Origin: a virus
IMG/VR virus record: IMGVR_UViG_3300026613_000033
Span: 505 to 64,504 of that record
DNA: 64,000 nucleotides
Reading direction: 5' to 3' (one strand)
Below the pieces are notes generated by a model. That model searched no databases. It was not told the origin of the DNA and was given only the letters and a program-made list of their open reading frames with translations. This document shows positions 36,595-47,207 of the stretch, piece by piece (position 1 is the first letter of the stretch; the number at the start of each line of letters is the position of its first letter). A program made the translations under genes and the position numbers.

Positions 36595-38247
36595 TTATGA
36601 ATCGTCTTCCACTGTTACGACGATTTGAACATCAAAGAATTCGACCATGCCCGAACTATCAGTAAACTTGTAAGTCACTGGGTAACGAGGTAATTCCTCG
36701 TAGATGTTCAAGCCGTTATCATTGATGATGGTAATTGCATTCTCAATCTGTTGTGGGGTGTGTCCATTGTAAGGAATCACCGTGCCCACTGTAGACTCAC
36801 TTGTCACGATATTGTATTGTTCGTATTCGTCACTTAATCCAACTTCAGCAAGCTTGCTCAAGATGTCGGAATCGATTGTCAAGTTTTGGTTGTTGTCAAG
36901 ATAACCGTAACCAACCAATGTCGGGTTGTCTTCGCTTGGCACCATCACCAAACTCACTTGACGGTTTACATCCTGATATGACGCATGATGGAACGTGTAC
37001 TTAACTTGTTGCTTCGGTAAGTATTGGTAATAGTTCAAACCTGCTTCCACCAACTCTTCGTACTGTTTCCTTAATTGGTAACGTGTCTCGGCACCAATGT
37101 AATCAATACGAACGTCATCGTCGTAATCCACATCGTTTTCTAAGTCTAAACTCACAATGCTTTCAAAAGACGTACTCACTGGGGTGATGTCGATACTCTT
37201 CGTCAAGTCAACCTCTTGAATACTTGGCCATACATCTTCTGGCGCAATGAAACGTTGGAACGGATGCAAACGACCCTCGCCGATAATTTCGTCACCGACT
37301 ACGCCGCCACCGTCGCCCCAATCATACCCTTGTGGTTTACGCGGGTAATCCGTACCCTGTGTAATGATGTCTTCAGCAATAAAGTCACCATCTTCATCCA
37401 CAACATCAATACGTGTCGTCGATACATGGCCTTCTTTACCGTTTTCTGGCATGAATAGCTCGTCGGTATCTGGGATGCCCACTGGAACATCCGTCGTATC
37501 AAAGTGGTTGATGACGTAGTTAAGGAAAATATGTTCGATAGGCATTTTCTCTGCATTGTCACCGCAGTAATCCGCACCCACTTCGATGTCGATGCCTACA
37601 CCGCCACTACCGCCTGTGCCTACTTGGTAGCCGGGATAGCCGTTGAGCATTCCCCAGTAAGGGATGGTCATGGTGAAATCAAGTGTCCACGTCAATTCAC
37701 GTTTACCCGCCGTGGCCAATTCTCCTTGGAAATCATTATCGAATGAGATACCCACTAAGGTGATGTCACTACGGTCAAACTTACATTCACCGATTTGGTC
37801 TGGGAACGCTTTTACACGCACATTCAATGTCGGTTTGAAGTACGGGATAATCTGCTCAATAATCATAAAACCTTCTGTCAATGTCTTGGCTTTCACATTC
37901 AATTGAAAACCAAGTATCCATGGTGAAGGATGCATCGTGGTAAACTTCTTACTACCGTCTTCGCAGCAACATTCGATTTCCATGGTGTCGCCATCGCCCG
38001 TCACTTTTACTGAGTCATAAAGCATTGAAGAAATACCAAAAGACATCATCGGCAATTGACGGTCAATCATGTTTCTTTCGTCGTCATTGGTTCTCGCGAC
38101 ATGGTGTTTTTCGACACCTTGATACATGATAGGAACGGCTGTTAATTCGTCGTCCTTCTCTGTGTATATATTCGAGAATAATGAACCAAAAACCGTCACA
38201 GCATGTAACGTCGTTGAATTGTTATAAAACAGTTGTTGGCCTTGCAT
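36595..38247 (-). CDS. gp15: Tail sheath stabiliser / tail terminator gp15 with C-terminal extension
   Basis: FGSLFSNIY...VPIMY...LPMMSF...YD...P.PW.L.F.L.......MIIEQIIPYFKP; follows gp14. Confidence 0.85.
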   Translation of the reverse strand: MQGQQLFYNNSTTLHAVTVFGSLFSNIYTEKDDELTAVPIMYQGVEKHHVARTNDDERNMIDRQLPMMSFGISSMLYDSVKVTGDGDTMEIECCCEDGSKKFTTMHPSPWILGFQLNVKAKTLTEGFMIIEQIIPYFKPTLNVRVKAFPDQIGECKFDRSDITLVGISFDNDFQGELATAGKRELTWTLDFTMTIPYWGMLNGYPGYQVGTGGSGGVGIDIEVGADYCGDNAEKMPIEHIFLNYVINHFDTTDVPVGIPDTDELFMPENGKEGHVSTTRIDVVDEDGDFIAEDIITQGTDYPRKPQGYDWGDGGGVVGDEIIGEGRLHPFQRFIAPEDVWPSIQEVDLTKSIDITPVSTSFESIVSLDLENDVDYDDDVRIDYIGAETRYQLRKQYEELVEAGLNYYQYLPKQQVKYTFHHASYQDVNRQVSLVMVPSEDNPTLVGYGYLDNNQNLTIDSDILSKLAEVGLSDEYEQYNIVTSESTVGTVIPYNGHTPQQIENAITIINDNGLNIYEELPRYPVTYKFTDSSGMVEFFDVQIVVTVEDDS

Positions 38248-38253
38248 TTCTTA

Positions 38254-39420
38254 TTACCACCCTTTAGGTACTTGGAACGGCATTGTCTCATTATCGTCAC
38301 CGCCGTTATCATCTTCTTCGTCGTCTTCGCAGTCTTTACAACCGCAACCACAATCATTATCACCACTGCACTCTAAACCTTCTGGTAATGGCACTGGGAA
38401 TGGTTTACCATCTATTGTGTCATCACATGGTAAAATACCATTGCCATTATCGCCTTCGCAGCATTCACAATCACAGTCTTCGTCGTCGCAGTTACAATCG
38501 CATTCAACTTCCCTGCATTCACAATCACAGTTTTCCGTATCTTCGCATTCGCAGTCACAACATGTGCAAATGGTATTACCGTCTTCGTCTTCTTCGCAGT
38601 TGGTACAGTTGCTTCCGCCACCGCTTCCGCTGTCACCACCGTCGCCGACGATTAAGTCACGACCGCCGATATAAAGGTCACGGTTTTGAGCCGTCTTAAC
38701 AACGTCTTTGATATTGCCTGATTCATTACCGTCTTCGTCGATATTGGCGAATACAGCGTCAAGGCCAGATGTACTAAGTTTGTTGATGTCGTCTTGTTCA
38801 TTGAACAAATAGTTTTGCTCGGTGCCGCCATTAGTGAAATCGATGTCTTCATTAGAGTAGTCCATTAATGACATCTGAATCTCGTAATAATACTCACCAC
38901 GCAATTGATACTTGATTGGGTCTTTATTAACGTATGTGATTTCGAATATCTTCGCTCTATTTATCTCGACATGTTCACCCACAACAATCTTAGGGATAGT
39001 TTCGCCGACGTTTTCAGCCTCACCGAATGAAACCAGTATTAAATCGCCCTCTTGTGGCTTAGAAGGCACTTTCCCCGCGTTGTCTGGGTCAAGGTATTCT
39101 TCTCTCCAACGGCCTTTACTGATTTGTATAGTGGCGTTCTGAGACAATCCCAAACCGAACAAGTCATAGTGAACACCTTCACCGCCTGCCCATTCATCAT
39201 AGTGGGCTAATGTACCCTCAATCATAAAAGAGCGTGTGAATTCTGGTGATGTATCTTCACGCCATGCATTTCTGACTTCTTCTTCGTCGCGGATAACGTA
39301 AGTGACGGCGAAGCCGCCAATCTGAATCACTTCATCGACTAGAGTCTGTACTAAATTACGTTCGTTACGATTACCTACACTGGTGCCAGAGTTAAAGAAG
39401 CCATTTATCTTCGCCGCCAT
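38254..39420 (-). CDS. gp14: Neck protein gp14 with Cys/Asp/Glu-rich C-terminal extension
   Basis: E..LVQTLVDEVIQI.G....YV.R, FG..L......IS..RW, P.EGDLI, FEI..V....YQL...Y......DYSNE match gp14. Confidence 0.85.
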   Translation of the reverse strand: MAAKINGFFNSGTSVGNRNERNLVQTLVDEVIQIGGFAVTYVIRDEEEVRNAWREDTSPEFTRSFMIEGTLAHYDEWAGGEGVHYDLFGLGLSQNATIQISKGRWREEYLDPDNAGKVPSKPQEGDLILVSFGEAENVGETIPKIVVGEHVEINRAKIFEITYVNKDPIKYQLRGEYYYEIQMSLMDYSNEDIDFTNGGTEQNYLFNEQDDINKLSTSGLDAVFANIDEDGNESGNIKDVVKTAQNRDLYIGGRDLIVGDGGDSGSGGGSNCTNCEEDEDGNTICTCCDCECEDTENCDCECREVECDCNCDDEDCDCECCEGDNGNGILPCDDTIDGKPFPVPLPEGLECSGDNDCGCGCKDCEDDEEDDNGGDDNETMPFQVPKGW

Positions 39421-39692
39421 TACTTGTCACCGTCGCTTTTCTTCTTAGCTGCCGCTTTCTTCTTTGGCGCAGGCTTTTTAACCAAGTCCGCCACCAAAGC
39501 TTTTAGCTCATCAAGTTCACTCTGAAGCGTGTCAACACGTTTGACCTCTTCTTTCAATTCCTTGATTTCAGCCAATTCTTTTTTGCGCATGGCCACACGT
39601 CTTTTGTGCGCCGTGTATTTAGAATCGTTGTTAAGAACGACGGTGCCATTTGACACCGTGTAATCATTGTTTTCTTTTGCCTTTGCCATCAC
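39420..39692 (-). CDS. Small basic coiled-coil protein
   Basis: 90 aa, tightly coupled to both neighbours; G.V.N.D..Y..HKRR followed by a heptad helix; occupies a slot typical after VrlC-like genes. Confidence 0.65.
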   Translation of the reverse strand: MMAKAKENNDYTVSNGTVVLNNDSKYTAHKRRVAMRKKELAEIKELKEEVKRVDTLQSELDELKALVADLVKKPAPKKKAAAKKKSDGDK

Positions 39693-39699
39693 AAACCCC

Positions 39700-42600
39700 T
39701 TATTCTGTTAATGCGATAACACGCAAGTTTCTCATAAAGCCATAGAAAGCTTCCGACGTTGAATGGTGTACAATCATCACCTTGAAGTCATTGAATTCAG
39801 GTAATGGTGTTTCCTCACCAATGACAATCTCGGCTTGTTGTTCTTCCGCGTTTGTCACTTCAGTGGCGTGGTATACCCATGACACATCTTCGAATGATTC
39901 GTCTGTACCTGATTCCAAAGTCTTGTAATAGATACTGAACTTATTCTCTTCGTACATTTCGTATTCGAACATCACCTTGATTGCCACCGCAGGGTTATTC
40001 AACTCAATCGGAATCGTGACGTGCTTAGACAATGCCTTAGCAGGGTCAACACTTTCCCAACCGTCGTCGCCTTCAGTGATGTCACCTGTAATAACAGGGT
40101 CAGCCACAAGGTTGTTAATCAATGTACGAGTCGTCAATACTTCCATTTCTTCGGTGTCGAACACTGGTGATAAGTAACCGTCATCAGAAGCCCACATATC
40201 GATAGTGGCGGTTAATGATTTAGGGTTATCACCTAATGCACTATTTTCCGCACCCGCATTCACCTCAGATACAACAAGACGTGGTTGGTCTAAAGCGAAT
40301 TCCTCGTTTAATGGAATTGGGAATACACGCAATGCCTGTTCTGGTGGAACTTCGGCATTTGGCTCCGCACTCGCTGAGTGACCATAGTTCTGTGTGTCTA
40401 ATGTTGAGTTGACAAATGTACCGTTTGGTTGTAATACGTTGGCCATAACACGACATGTATCAAACTGGATATTCTGCGACGCTAATACATCGGCACCACC
40501 TTCACCGCTTTGAGTAGCAGGCGAAGTCACTTGGATGGTATAGCTGTTCGCGTCAATCGTCGTAATCGTATGTGGCGCACCATTAATCTCACTCAATGGA
40601 ATACCAAAGAATGTCGAGAATGTATTACCGCTTGATGTGATTGAAACTAAGCCGCCACCGTCATCAACCTCTGTAACTTTAACGTAGGCATCGCCTGCGC
40701 CTGAAATATTCTCAATCACTAATGTGTCATTAACTGCGAAGCCACGACCAACCGCACCGATTTGAACGTTTCTGTCGTACACCGCATCTTTGAATGAAAT
40801 GTTGAACGTCGCATCTTGACCATTACCACGAGTGATTGTGTAATCATCATAGCCAATCAAGTTATTACGGTTCGATGTCGCATTCAAAATACGCACTTTG
40901 TTATTGTTGATTTTGTTCGGCACCAAGTTGTTCTGCATACTATGCGCAGGGTGGAATACCGTAATGATATTAGAGCCAGTTTCGGTTTTTAATGACACGC
41001 CATTTTGCTCGTCACCAATCGCACGGTAATCTGGGTCTAGTTCGTTAATCATTTCAACTTGACCGTTCTCTACGAACTGACAACGACGTAAAGTAAACTT
41101 CAAATCTTTTGTCTGTTCGGCTGTCCATGTAGACGCATTCTGAGACTTAAATAATGAACCAAGGTACGGCTGTGACGAGATGTATTCATCTGTGTCAATT
41201 GTACGTTTACCCATTTCAGAAATGTATACGGCATTACGACCAGAAGGCGTTTTTAATACCAATGCATATTCTGTGTCTGCACGTAAGTAAACTGGGTAAT
41301 CGAACTGCGCACGACTTTGTTGTCTACCGTTCGTTGACGTGTACAATTTGTTTGCACGAGGCCAGTTTGGGTTAGACTCGAATGACATATCGCCGGGGTA
41401 CATTTTCACATAAGAACCCGGCACCGTATTACCCGTCGGATAACCGTTGTCACACGTTACGATTTCGACTGATACGAATGGGCCGTATGATTTTGGGTTT
41501 CTCCAATGGAACGTGATGAAGTTGATGAATTGGTTCGCTGAGTCGAATTGAATCTTCTCGTTGTTTGTGAAGTAATCGTCTTCATCAAGTTCACCAAAGC
41601 CTGCCGCAATTTGGTTAGCAGGTACATTACCGCCACGGGCAATTAATGCTTCATTAAATCCGTATACACCGAAGTTAGTTAATAAGCGACGAATCTCATT
41701 AGGATTCTTCCAACGCTCACCACCTTCGATGAATTGTGGGAAAATATCAACGCTCGAAACAAAGCAATCTTTCTCAATTAAGAATGACTGTGCAATAGGG
41801 TCATACCAACGTGTACGACTGCCTCTTAAATTACTTGAAACGCTACGCTGTAATGTCGTGCTTCTGCTTGTACGAGTCGATGTCGCCGAACGACGAACCG
41901 CCGTGATGTTACGAGTGTGTGTCAAGTGTTGACCGCTCGCTTCATACACCGCATCAGCCGATGAAATAGCGTCATCTTCTGTAGCAATCTGGAAAGTACG
42001 CTTGCCACAATTAAACTTACCCGCAGGCAAAGCAAATACACCGTAGCAGTTACCTAGCTCATCGGTCATTAACTCACCCTTCTCACCAAGTACACCACCT
42101 TCGATGATGTTATCTTCGTACTGGGCACAATACTGTGTCACATCCTTTCTATCGAACTTCGCAAATACCTTCGTATTCGGACGCATCATTTCAACACGGA
42201 ATGTGATGTTACGACCTCTCATTTTATCGATAGATGCAACCGTCGTTGTAATACCACGGTCATTGAATGATACAACACGGTCTGTATTCGTCGTTGTTCG
42301 CACTGTACGGGTCGCCACGCGAGTATCGATACGTCTTACCGTACTACTACGCAAGTTGATACGAGCTTCCCTAGAACGCAATTCACGGCCAATCTGACCT
42401 GTTCTACGGTTGACGAAGTTGAACGATGTACGGAAACCACTAAAACGAGTAGAAACCGTTGTCGAACGACGTGTCACTGGACGTAACCAACTACTGAACG
42501 TGCTTGCATTACTTGTACGACGTACTTGACCATTTGAGAATACAACAACAAGGTTATTTCTGTTGCTGTGTGTACGCCAGAAATCCTTCGATGGTGATAG

Positions 42601-45600
42601 GCGCATTGTACCCGCCCATGTCCATGCATCGTATGGGTTAATTTTGATAATACCCGTCGCTTTAGGTTGACGAATCAAGTTCACTTGTCTGTAGTCCAAT
42701 GTGATTAAACCGTCATTGTCTCGGAAGTTACTACCCGCACCCGTAAACTTTTCCATATTCACAGTCTCATAACCCTTCGCAGGGATAAGAGCGCGTTCGG
42801 TGTCGTCAACAATCATCGTGTTGTCTGGGTCATCAATGTCTGTACGAGTTTCATCGCTGAACGTATCCGCCATGAAACCTAATTTAAGACGTTCTTGGCC
42901 AGTGATGCCATTAGTTGTCACATCACTTAATGCCGCCAACTCAATCGAGTTAAGAGAAACGATTTCTTGCAATTGGTCTAATGACTCTTGCAACTCACCG
43001 ATGTCACGCATTGTGTAGCGACGGTTGTTGATTGTCTCTAAAGTAATCTCGTCTAAGTAGCGAGTATAAGGCGGTAATGTAACCACGTTAATCTTCATCG
43101 CATCATCAACTTCTGAAGCAGGCGCAGGGTCAATCGACGGCGCACCTTGTACGTTGATGAAGTCACCATCTTTCGTTAAGTAGATAGTATCAATACGACC
43201 TTCATAAACTGTCAAGTCCGCCACAATCTCGGTGCCGCTCACTGGGTAACGTACAGGACTACCAAATTCGCGATTGTCAAAGTAGAAAGGAACCACTGTA
43301 CGGTCAGCCGTCACATTAGAGTAAACCTGCAATGGACGGAAGTCGAAGAAGTCTCTTAAATCTTGGAAGTTCGCTTCATTGAAGTTTGATGGGTCATAAA
43401 TTGACCTACGGAACATCTTGTCTTCACCAATAGATGGCGTATTGTACGTTGACGCATCAGAGAAGTAAGTAGGCACCGTATCCTGTACAGTAAGGTGTGA
43501 GAATAATACAGAGATTACACCCGTCGCACGTTCGGCATCTTCTTTATATTTCAAACGACCTACAAGCGTCATATTCTTACGTTGACCAGTGTCAATTAAG
43601 AAACGGTTTGTGATGTCAGTCGATGAAGACTCTTCAAAGAATGAAATGTCGTTTTTCAATTGTTGACGGATTACAGTACCGTTATCACTAACCTGTAAAA
43701 TTTCTTCGCCTTGTAAGAAACCGCTACCCTCAATCTTAACAACTTCTACCTCTAATTCGTTACCCGTCGCATTCTCTAATTGCATAGATGGGTCGATATT
43801 AACAATGTTGGCATTGTCGTATAAGAATTGCGTGGTGTCCGTACTACCCTGAATAGAGTTTGAACGGAATACGATAGCTGTCGTACCAGAAGAAACACCA
43901 TGAAGAACACGACCGATTGCGAATGCCGCCGTAGGCACTGTCGGTTCAATCATTCTTAATGTGTGTCCGCGTGGCGGTAAAGGCACGTCATTGTCGTCTT
44001 GTGTTTCAAGTACAACTAAACATTTCTGAACGTCCACTTCTAATGCAACGATACGGTCATCAGCACGGTAGCCTAGCGCGTAGTTGCCATATGGAATAAA
44101 GCCTTGCGCAGGGGCATAGTCTTGAGCAATTTCGTGTTCAGTGATTGTCGCACCAGTAGCTGTACCCATATTAACTGGAACCACTGGAAAAGGTGTCGTC
44201 ATTGTATCTGGGAATGTCATCACCACCCACTCATCATTAACCGCGCCTTTGTCGCCGTCTGGGTGTGCTGAACCATCACTGATTGATTCCCATGCATTCG
44301 TACCCGCCGCCGCTGAAAGCGCGTTTCTCACCTTACCTGCAATCTGCGAAGTAGAGTCACCAGTCGTCAAAGATACAGTAACACCATACACATCCCAATC
44401 ACCATCGACGGCGATACTGCCCGATGAAACATGGAACGCTGTGATTTGTGGCATCACTGGCATAGCTTGTTGACCAAATTGGTCAGTGAACGCCGCCGCA
44501 TCATAACGATAGTTTTTGAATTCTAAGTTTTTAGTACGCGCCGTTTGCTCCGTGTGATATACAGGCGGGTTAAACGTCGTACCATCCCACTCAATCGCTT
44601 CATACGAAATTTTATCCGCACTTTGCATAGTGTATGTTGTGTTGAAAACAGTCGCACTAGGACGGCCTATTAATGACAACGCATCAGCCGTTGGGTTATT
44701 CACCCATAGAGTCGGTTGGTTGGTGTCGTTTGTTCTAATTTCAGTGACGAAACGGAAGTTGTCATTAGTCTGACTACCGCCACGACGAACGATGTCGAAT
44801 AGCGATAATGTCTTAACGCCGATGTCGTCATTGATTTGTTGAATACGAGCTTCACCTAAGATTTGTTGGCCACTGCCGATGTCACCCCAAAGCTCAACAA
44901 CGCCGGGTTGTGGACCTGTGCCGTTCCACTGTAAACCAACGCCATACTCAATATCGAATAACTGAATACCCGTCGGTGTCGTGCTACCTAATGCATCAAC
45001 AATCTGAACAACGTTACCCGTTCTTACTGGCGTAGGAACCTGTGTCAAAACACTGGTTGTTCTCGGACGCGGGGCTTCTAAACGTGTCGTACCTTCTTTC
45101 TCGATTTCGTAACCACGAACGTATGCCTTAGACGCACCAAGGGCTAATGTGTATGAATCCGTATCTTCGATTTCAACGCCATTGTCGTCTAAGAAAGTTT
45201 GGTCTACGGTTTCCTCGATTTCCGCTAGGAACGGGTTAAGGTAGTAATCACCAGACTCGTCATAAGTACGCGATGCCATGATGTCAACAATCGCCGAATA
45301 CTGTACTTCATCAGAAAGGTTTTTAAGAATCTCATTCTGCTCAACACGTAATAGTTCGATGAAGTTTTGGTCACGGTCTTCTTCAAGGCCACGCGACGCT
45401 AAAGTCAATTCAGCTTTAAGACGGTGTGCGCCTTCCGTACCAAACGAACTACTACCGCTCGCATTATCATAAAGCGATGGGTCTTCAGATGCATCAATGA
45501 AGCTAGATGTGATAACGAAACCAATCTTACCGTCGAATAAAGCCTCTGTTGTCGCGTCCACCGCTTCAGGGTTTTCTAAACCATCACCATAGTCAAGCGT

Positions 45601-46293
45601 CGTCGTCAATAGAATTAATTGAGGGTTGGCCAAAATGAAGTTACCGTCAACGTAGTATGTACCTTCTTGGTTACGTGCAATGACACCCTGTACAGTACGG
45701 CCAAATACACATGCATACGTTTGGTTGATTTCACCAACGTTATCTTCAACCAAAGCTTCCAACTGTTCTGAGAAAAGGAAACGTTCGACTTCACTGCCTT
45801 CTTGGTAATCGACACCACCGATTTCCGTATTGCCTGCCGCACGTTCAACAATCTCCGCATTCATTGTGCCCGATTGTAAGTAAGAAACGATAATACGAAT
45901 CGGTTTGTCTGAAGTGGCGGTTTCATCAATAACGTCTAATACCGTCGCCTTGATACCTGTATCACGACCAGTGATTGTCAAACCCTTCAAACGCTGAACG
46001 TCTTCTGGGGTATATGCCAAACTAGTTGATTCGTTGATGCTGTTCAAAAGCGTGTATTCGTTGATTAACAATACATCCAAGTTACCAATGCTTACACCGC
46101 CGTCTAGGATGTTGGAACCATTTCGGAAGAAGTGGTCGCCGAAGCTTTCCATTTGGCTTTTAAGAATGGATTGTAGTGTGGTTAATTCACGGGCTTGTAC
46201 TGGCTTGCCGGGTCTGAATAAGACGTGAACGAAGCCTTTCGTTTCATCAAAGTCGTCATAGTATGGCTTGATGTTTAAATTCTGTAATGGCAC
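39700..46293 (-). CDS. VrlC-like / DUF4815 large baseplate structural protein (2197 aa)
   Basis: PYYDDFD..K.F..VLFRPG.PVQARELTTLQSIL..Q.E.FG.H.F.NGS, RTYDESGDY, KAYVRGYEI, DPIAQSF, QPYLGSLFKSQNASTWT.EQ..DLKF. Confidence 0.9.
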   Translation of the reverse strand: MPLQNLNIKPYYDDFDETKGFVHVLFRPGKPVQARELTTLQSILKSQMESFGDHFFRNGSNILDGGVSIGNLDVLLINEYTLLNSINESTSLAYTPEDVQRLKGLTITGRDTGIKATVLDVIDETATSDKPIRIIVSYLQSGTMNAEIVERAAGNTEIGGVDYQEGSEVERFLFSEQLEALVEDNVGEINQTYACVFGRTVQGVIARNQEGTYYVDGNFILANPQLILLTTTLDYGDGLENPEAVDATTEALFDGKIGFVITSSFIDASEDPSLYDNASGSSSFGTEGAHRLKAELTLASRGLEEDRDQNFIELLRVEQNEILKNLSDEVQYSAIVDIMASRTYDESGDYYLNPFLAEIEETVDQTFLDDNGVEIEDTDSYTLALGASKAYVRGYEIEKEGTTRLEAPRPRTTSVLTQVPTPVRTGNVVQIVDALGSTTPTGIQLFDIEYGVGLQWNGTGPQPGVVELWGDIGSGQQILGEARIQQINDDIGVKTLSLFDIVRRGGSQTNDNFRFVTEIRTNDTNQPTLWVNNPTADALSLIGRPSATVFNTTYTMQSADKISYEAIEWDGTTFNPPVYHTEQTARTKNLEFKNYRYDAAAFTDQFGQQAMPVMPQITAFHVSSGSIAVDGDWDVYGVTVSLTTGDSTSQIAGKVRNALSAAAGTNAWESISDGSAHPDGDKGAVNDEWVVMTFPDTMTTPFPVVPVNMGTATGATITEHEIAQDYAPAQGFIPYGNYALGYRADDRIVALEVDVQKCLVVLETQDDNDVPLPPRGHTLRMIEPTVPTAAFAIGRVLHGVSSGTTAIVFRSNSIQGSTDTTQFLYDNANIVNIDPSMQLENATGNELEVEVVKIEGSGFLQGEEILQVSDNGTVIRQQLKNDISFFEESSSTDITNRFLIDTGQRKNMTLVGRLKYKEDAERATGVISVLFSHLTVQDTVPTYFSDASTYNTPSIGEDKMFRRSIYDPSNFNEANFQDLRDFFDFRPLQVYSNVTADRTVVPFYFDNREFGSPVRYPVSGTEIVADLTVYEGRIDTIYLTKDGDFINVQGAPSIDPAPASEVDDAMKINVVTLPPYTRYLDEITLETINNRRYTMRDIGELQESLDQLQEIVSLNSIELAALSDVTTNGITGQERLKLGFMADTFSDETRTDIDDPDNTMIVDDTERALIPAKGYETVNMEKFTGAGSNFRDNDGLITLDYRQVNLIRQPKATGIIKINPYDAWTWAGTMRLSPSKDFWRTHSNRNNLVVVFSNGQVRRTSNASTFSSWLRPVTRRSTTVSTRFSGFRTSFNFVNRRTGQIGRELRSREARINLRSSTVRRIDTRVATRTVRTTTNTDRVVSFNDRGITTTVASIDKMRGRNITFRVEMMRPNTKVFAKFDRKDVTQYCAQYEDNIIEGGVLGEKGELMTDELGNCYGVFALPAGKFNCGKRTFQIATEDDAISSADAVYEASGQHLTHTRNITAVRRSATSTRTSRSTTLQRSVSSNLRGSRTRWYDPIAQSFLIEKDCFVSSVDIFPQFIEGGERWKNPNEIRRLLTNFGVYGFNEALIARGGNVPANQIAAGFGELDEDDYFTNNEKIQFDSANQFINFITFHWRNPKSYGPFVSVEIVTCDNGYPTGNTVPGSYVKMYPGDMSFESNPNWPRANKLYTSTNGRQQSRAQFDYPVYLRADTEYALVLKTPSGRNAVYISEMGKRTIDTDEYISSQPYLGSLFKSQNASTWTAEQTKDLKFTLRRCQFVENGQVEMINELDPDYRAIGDEQNGVSLKTETGSNIITVFHPAHSMQNNLVPNKINNNKVRILNATSNRNNLIGYDDYTITRGNGQDATFNISFKDAVYDRNVQIGAVGRGFAVNDTLVIENISGAGDAYVKVTEVDDGGGLVSITSSGNTFSTFFGIPLSEINGAPHTITTIDANSYTIQVTSPATQSGEGGADVLASQNIQFDTCRVMANVLQPNGTFVNSTLDTQNYGHSASAEPNAEVPPEQALRVFPIPLNEEFALDQPRLVVSEVNAGAENSALGDNPKSLTATIDMWASDDGYLSPVFDTEEMEVLTTRTLINNLVADPVITGDITEGDDGWESVDPAKALSKHVTIPIELNNPAVAIKVMFEYEMYEENKFSIYYKTLESGTDESFEDVSWVYHATEVTNAEEQQAEIVIGEETPLPEFNDFKVMIVHHSTSEAFYGFMRNLRVIALTE

Positions 46294-46334
46294 TGGTGTG
46301 TCTCCATTGTAATGCTATTGAGTTTTGATTAGTG

Positions 46335-46360
46335 CTATTTATGGAAAAAAGTTAGATTTT
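46335..46360 (-). promoter_or_regulatory. Late promoter CATAAATA (46336..46343) inside a 26-nt element repeated at 57063..57088
   Basis: 24/26 identity between the two copies. Confidence 0.7.
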
Positions 46361-46893
46361 TACTCACCTTTGAGCTTTTTTAAGTCACTTTTATACTTTT
46401 CGAGTATCAATGCCTTCTGTTCTTCCGTCAATTTAGGCTTATTTTCTTCCAATTCGGCTATGCTATCGGCGTAATCAACACGTTCTACCTTGAAACTCTC
46501 GGCGAAGGCGTTGTAATGGGCTTCATCTGAAATGTAGTGAACGTAATCGTTCATATTTTCATTCTGGCGGTTGATGACTTCACTTACACTGAAATCCACT
46601 TTCTCACAACGAACTTCAAATGGCTTGTCTATGCCGAACATGTTGCAATACATATCTTGGTAATGACGGTCATGCACGAAATAATCTTCGTCGGGTAAAG
46701 TGTCAACCAATGTACCCTTACCCTCACGACGGTCATGCACGAAATCTGTCATTTCTTTTTCGACAACATCTATCTTGAAATCCATGCCCTTTCCGATAAG
46801 TCGTTTTAACGCGGCGATGTCGCTTTCATCACAATTGAAGTTCTCGCAGTAAAGCTTCAAATCGTCGTCGTTTCGTATGCTTCTTAATGTCAT
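46360..46893 (-). CDS. Hypothetical protein (early-type island)
   Basis: 177 aa, charged, translationally coupled to 46890..47207; internal FVHDR duplication. Confidence 0.7.
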   Translation of the reverse strand: MTLRSIRNDDDLKLYCENFNCDESDIAALKRLIGKGMDFKIDVVEKEMTDFVHDRREGKGTLVDTLPDEDYFVHDRHYQDMYCNMFGIDKPFEVRCEKVDFSVSEVINRQNENMNDYVHYISDEAHYNAFAESFKVERVDYADSIAELEENKPKLTEEQKALILEKYKSDLKKLKGE

Positions 46894-47207
46894 AATTTTT
46901 GTCCTAGTTTCTGTGCATATATTTTATTTAAGTGGTCTGAAAAGGAACGGTCTAATCGTCTGCAAATTGCATCCACATCACCGTCGTATTCCACACTGTC
47001 AATAACGTCATCTCTGTTGAACAAATACACTGTATTGTCTTCGGCTTCATACATGATATAAGCCAATGAATATTTACCTGAGTCGATGGCATTAATAGAT
47101 GTCGGGTAGTGAAGATAGTTACATATATCTTCATGGCATTCCCAACTATGAAGGTCATGCAAACATTGCATTAAACTGTGGTTAATTTTTCTCATGATAT
47201 ACGCCAT
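46890..47207 (-). CDS. Hypothetical protein
   Basis: 105-aa ORF; its stop overlaps the next start. Confidence 0.6.
   Translation of the reverse strand: MAYIMRKINHSLMQCLHDLHSWECHEDICNYLHYPTSINAIDSGKYSLAYIMYEAEDNTVYLFNRDDVIDSVEYDGDVDAICRRLDRSFSDHLNKIYAQKLGQKL

Noticed and set aside
38283-38699. His/Arg-rich and Ser/Gln-rich plus-strand ORFs
   Set aside because: They are the reverse-complement reading of the Cys/Asp/Glu codons of the gp14 tail.
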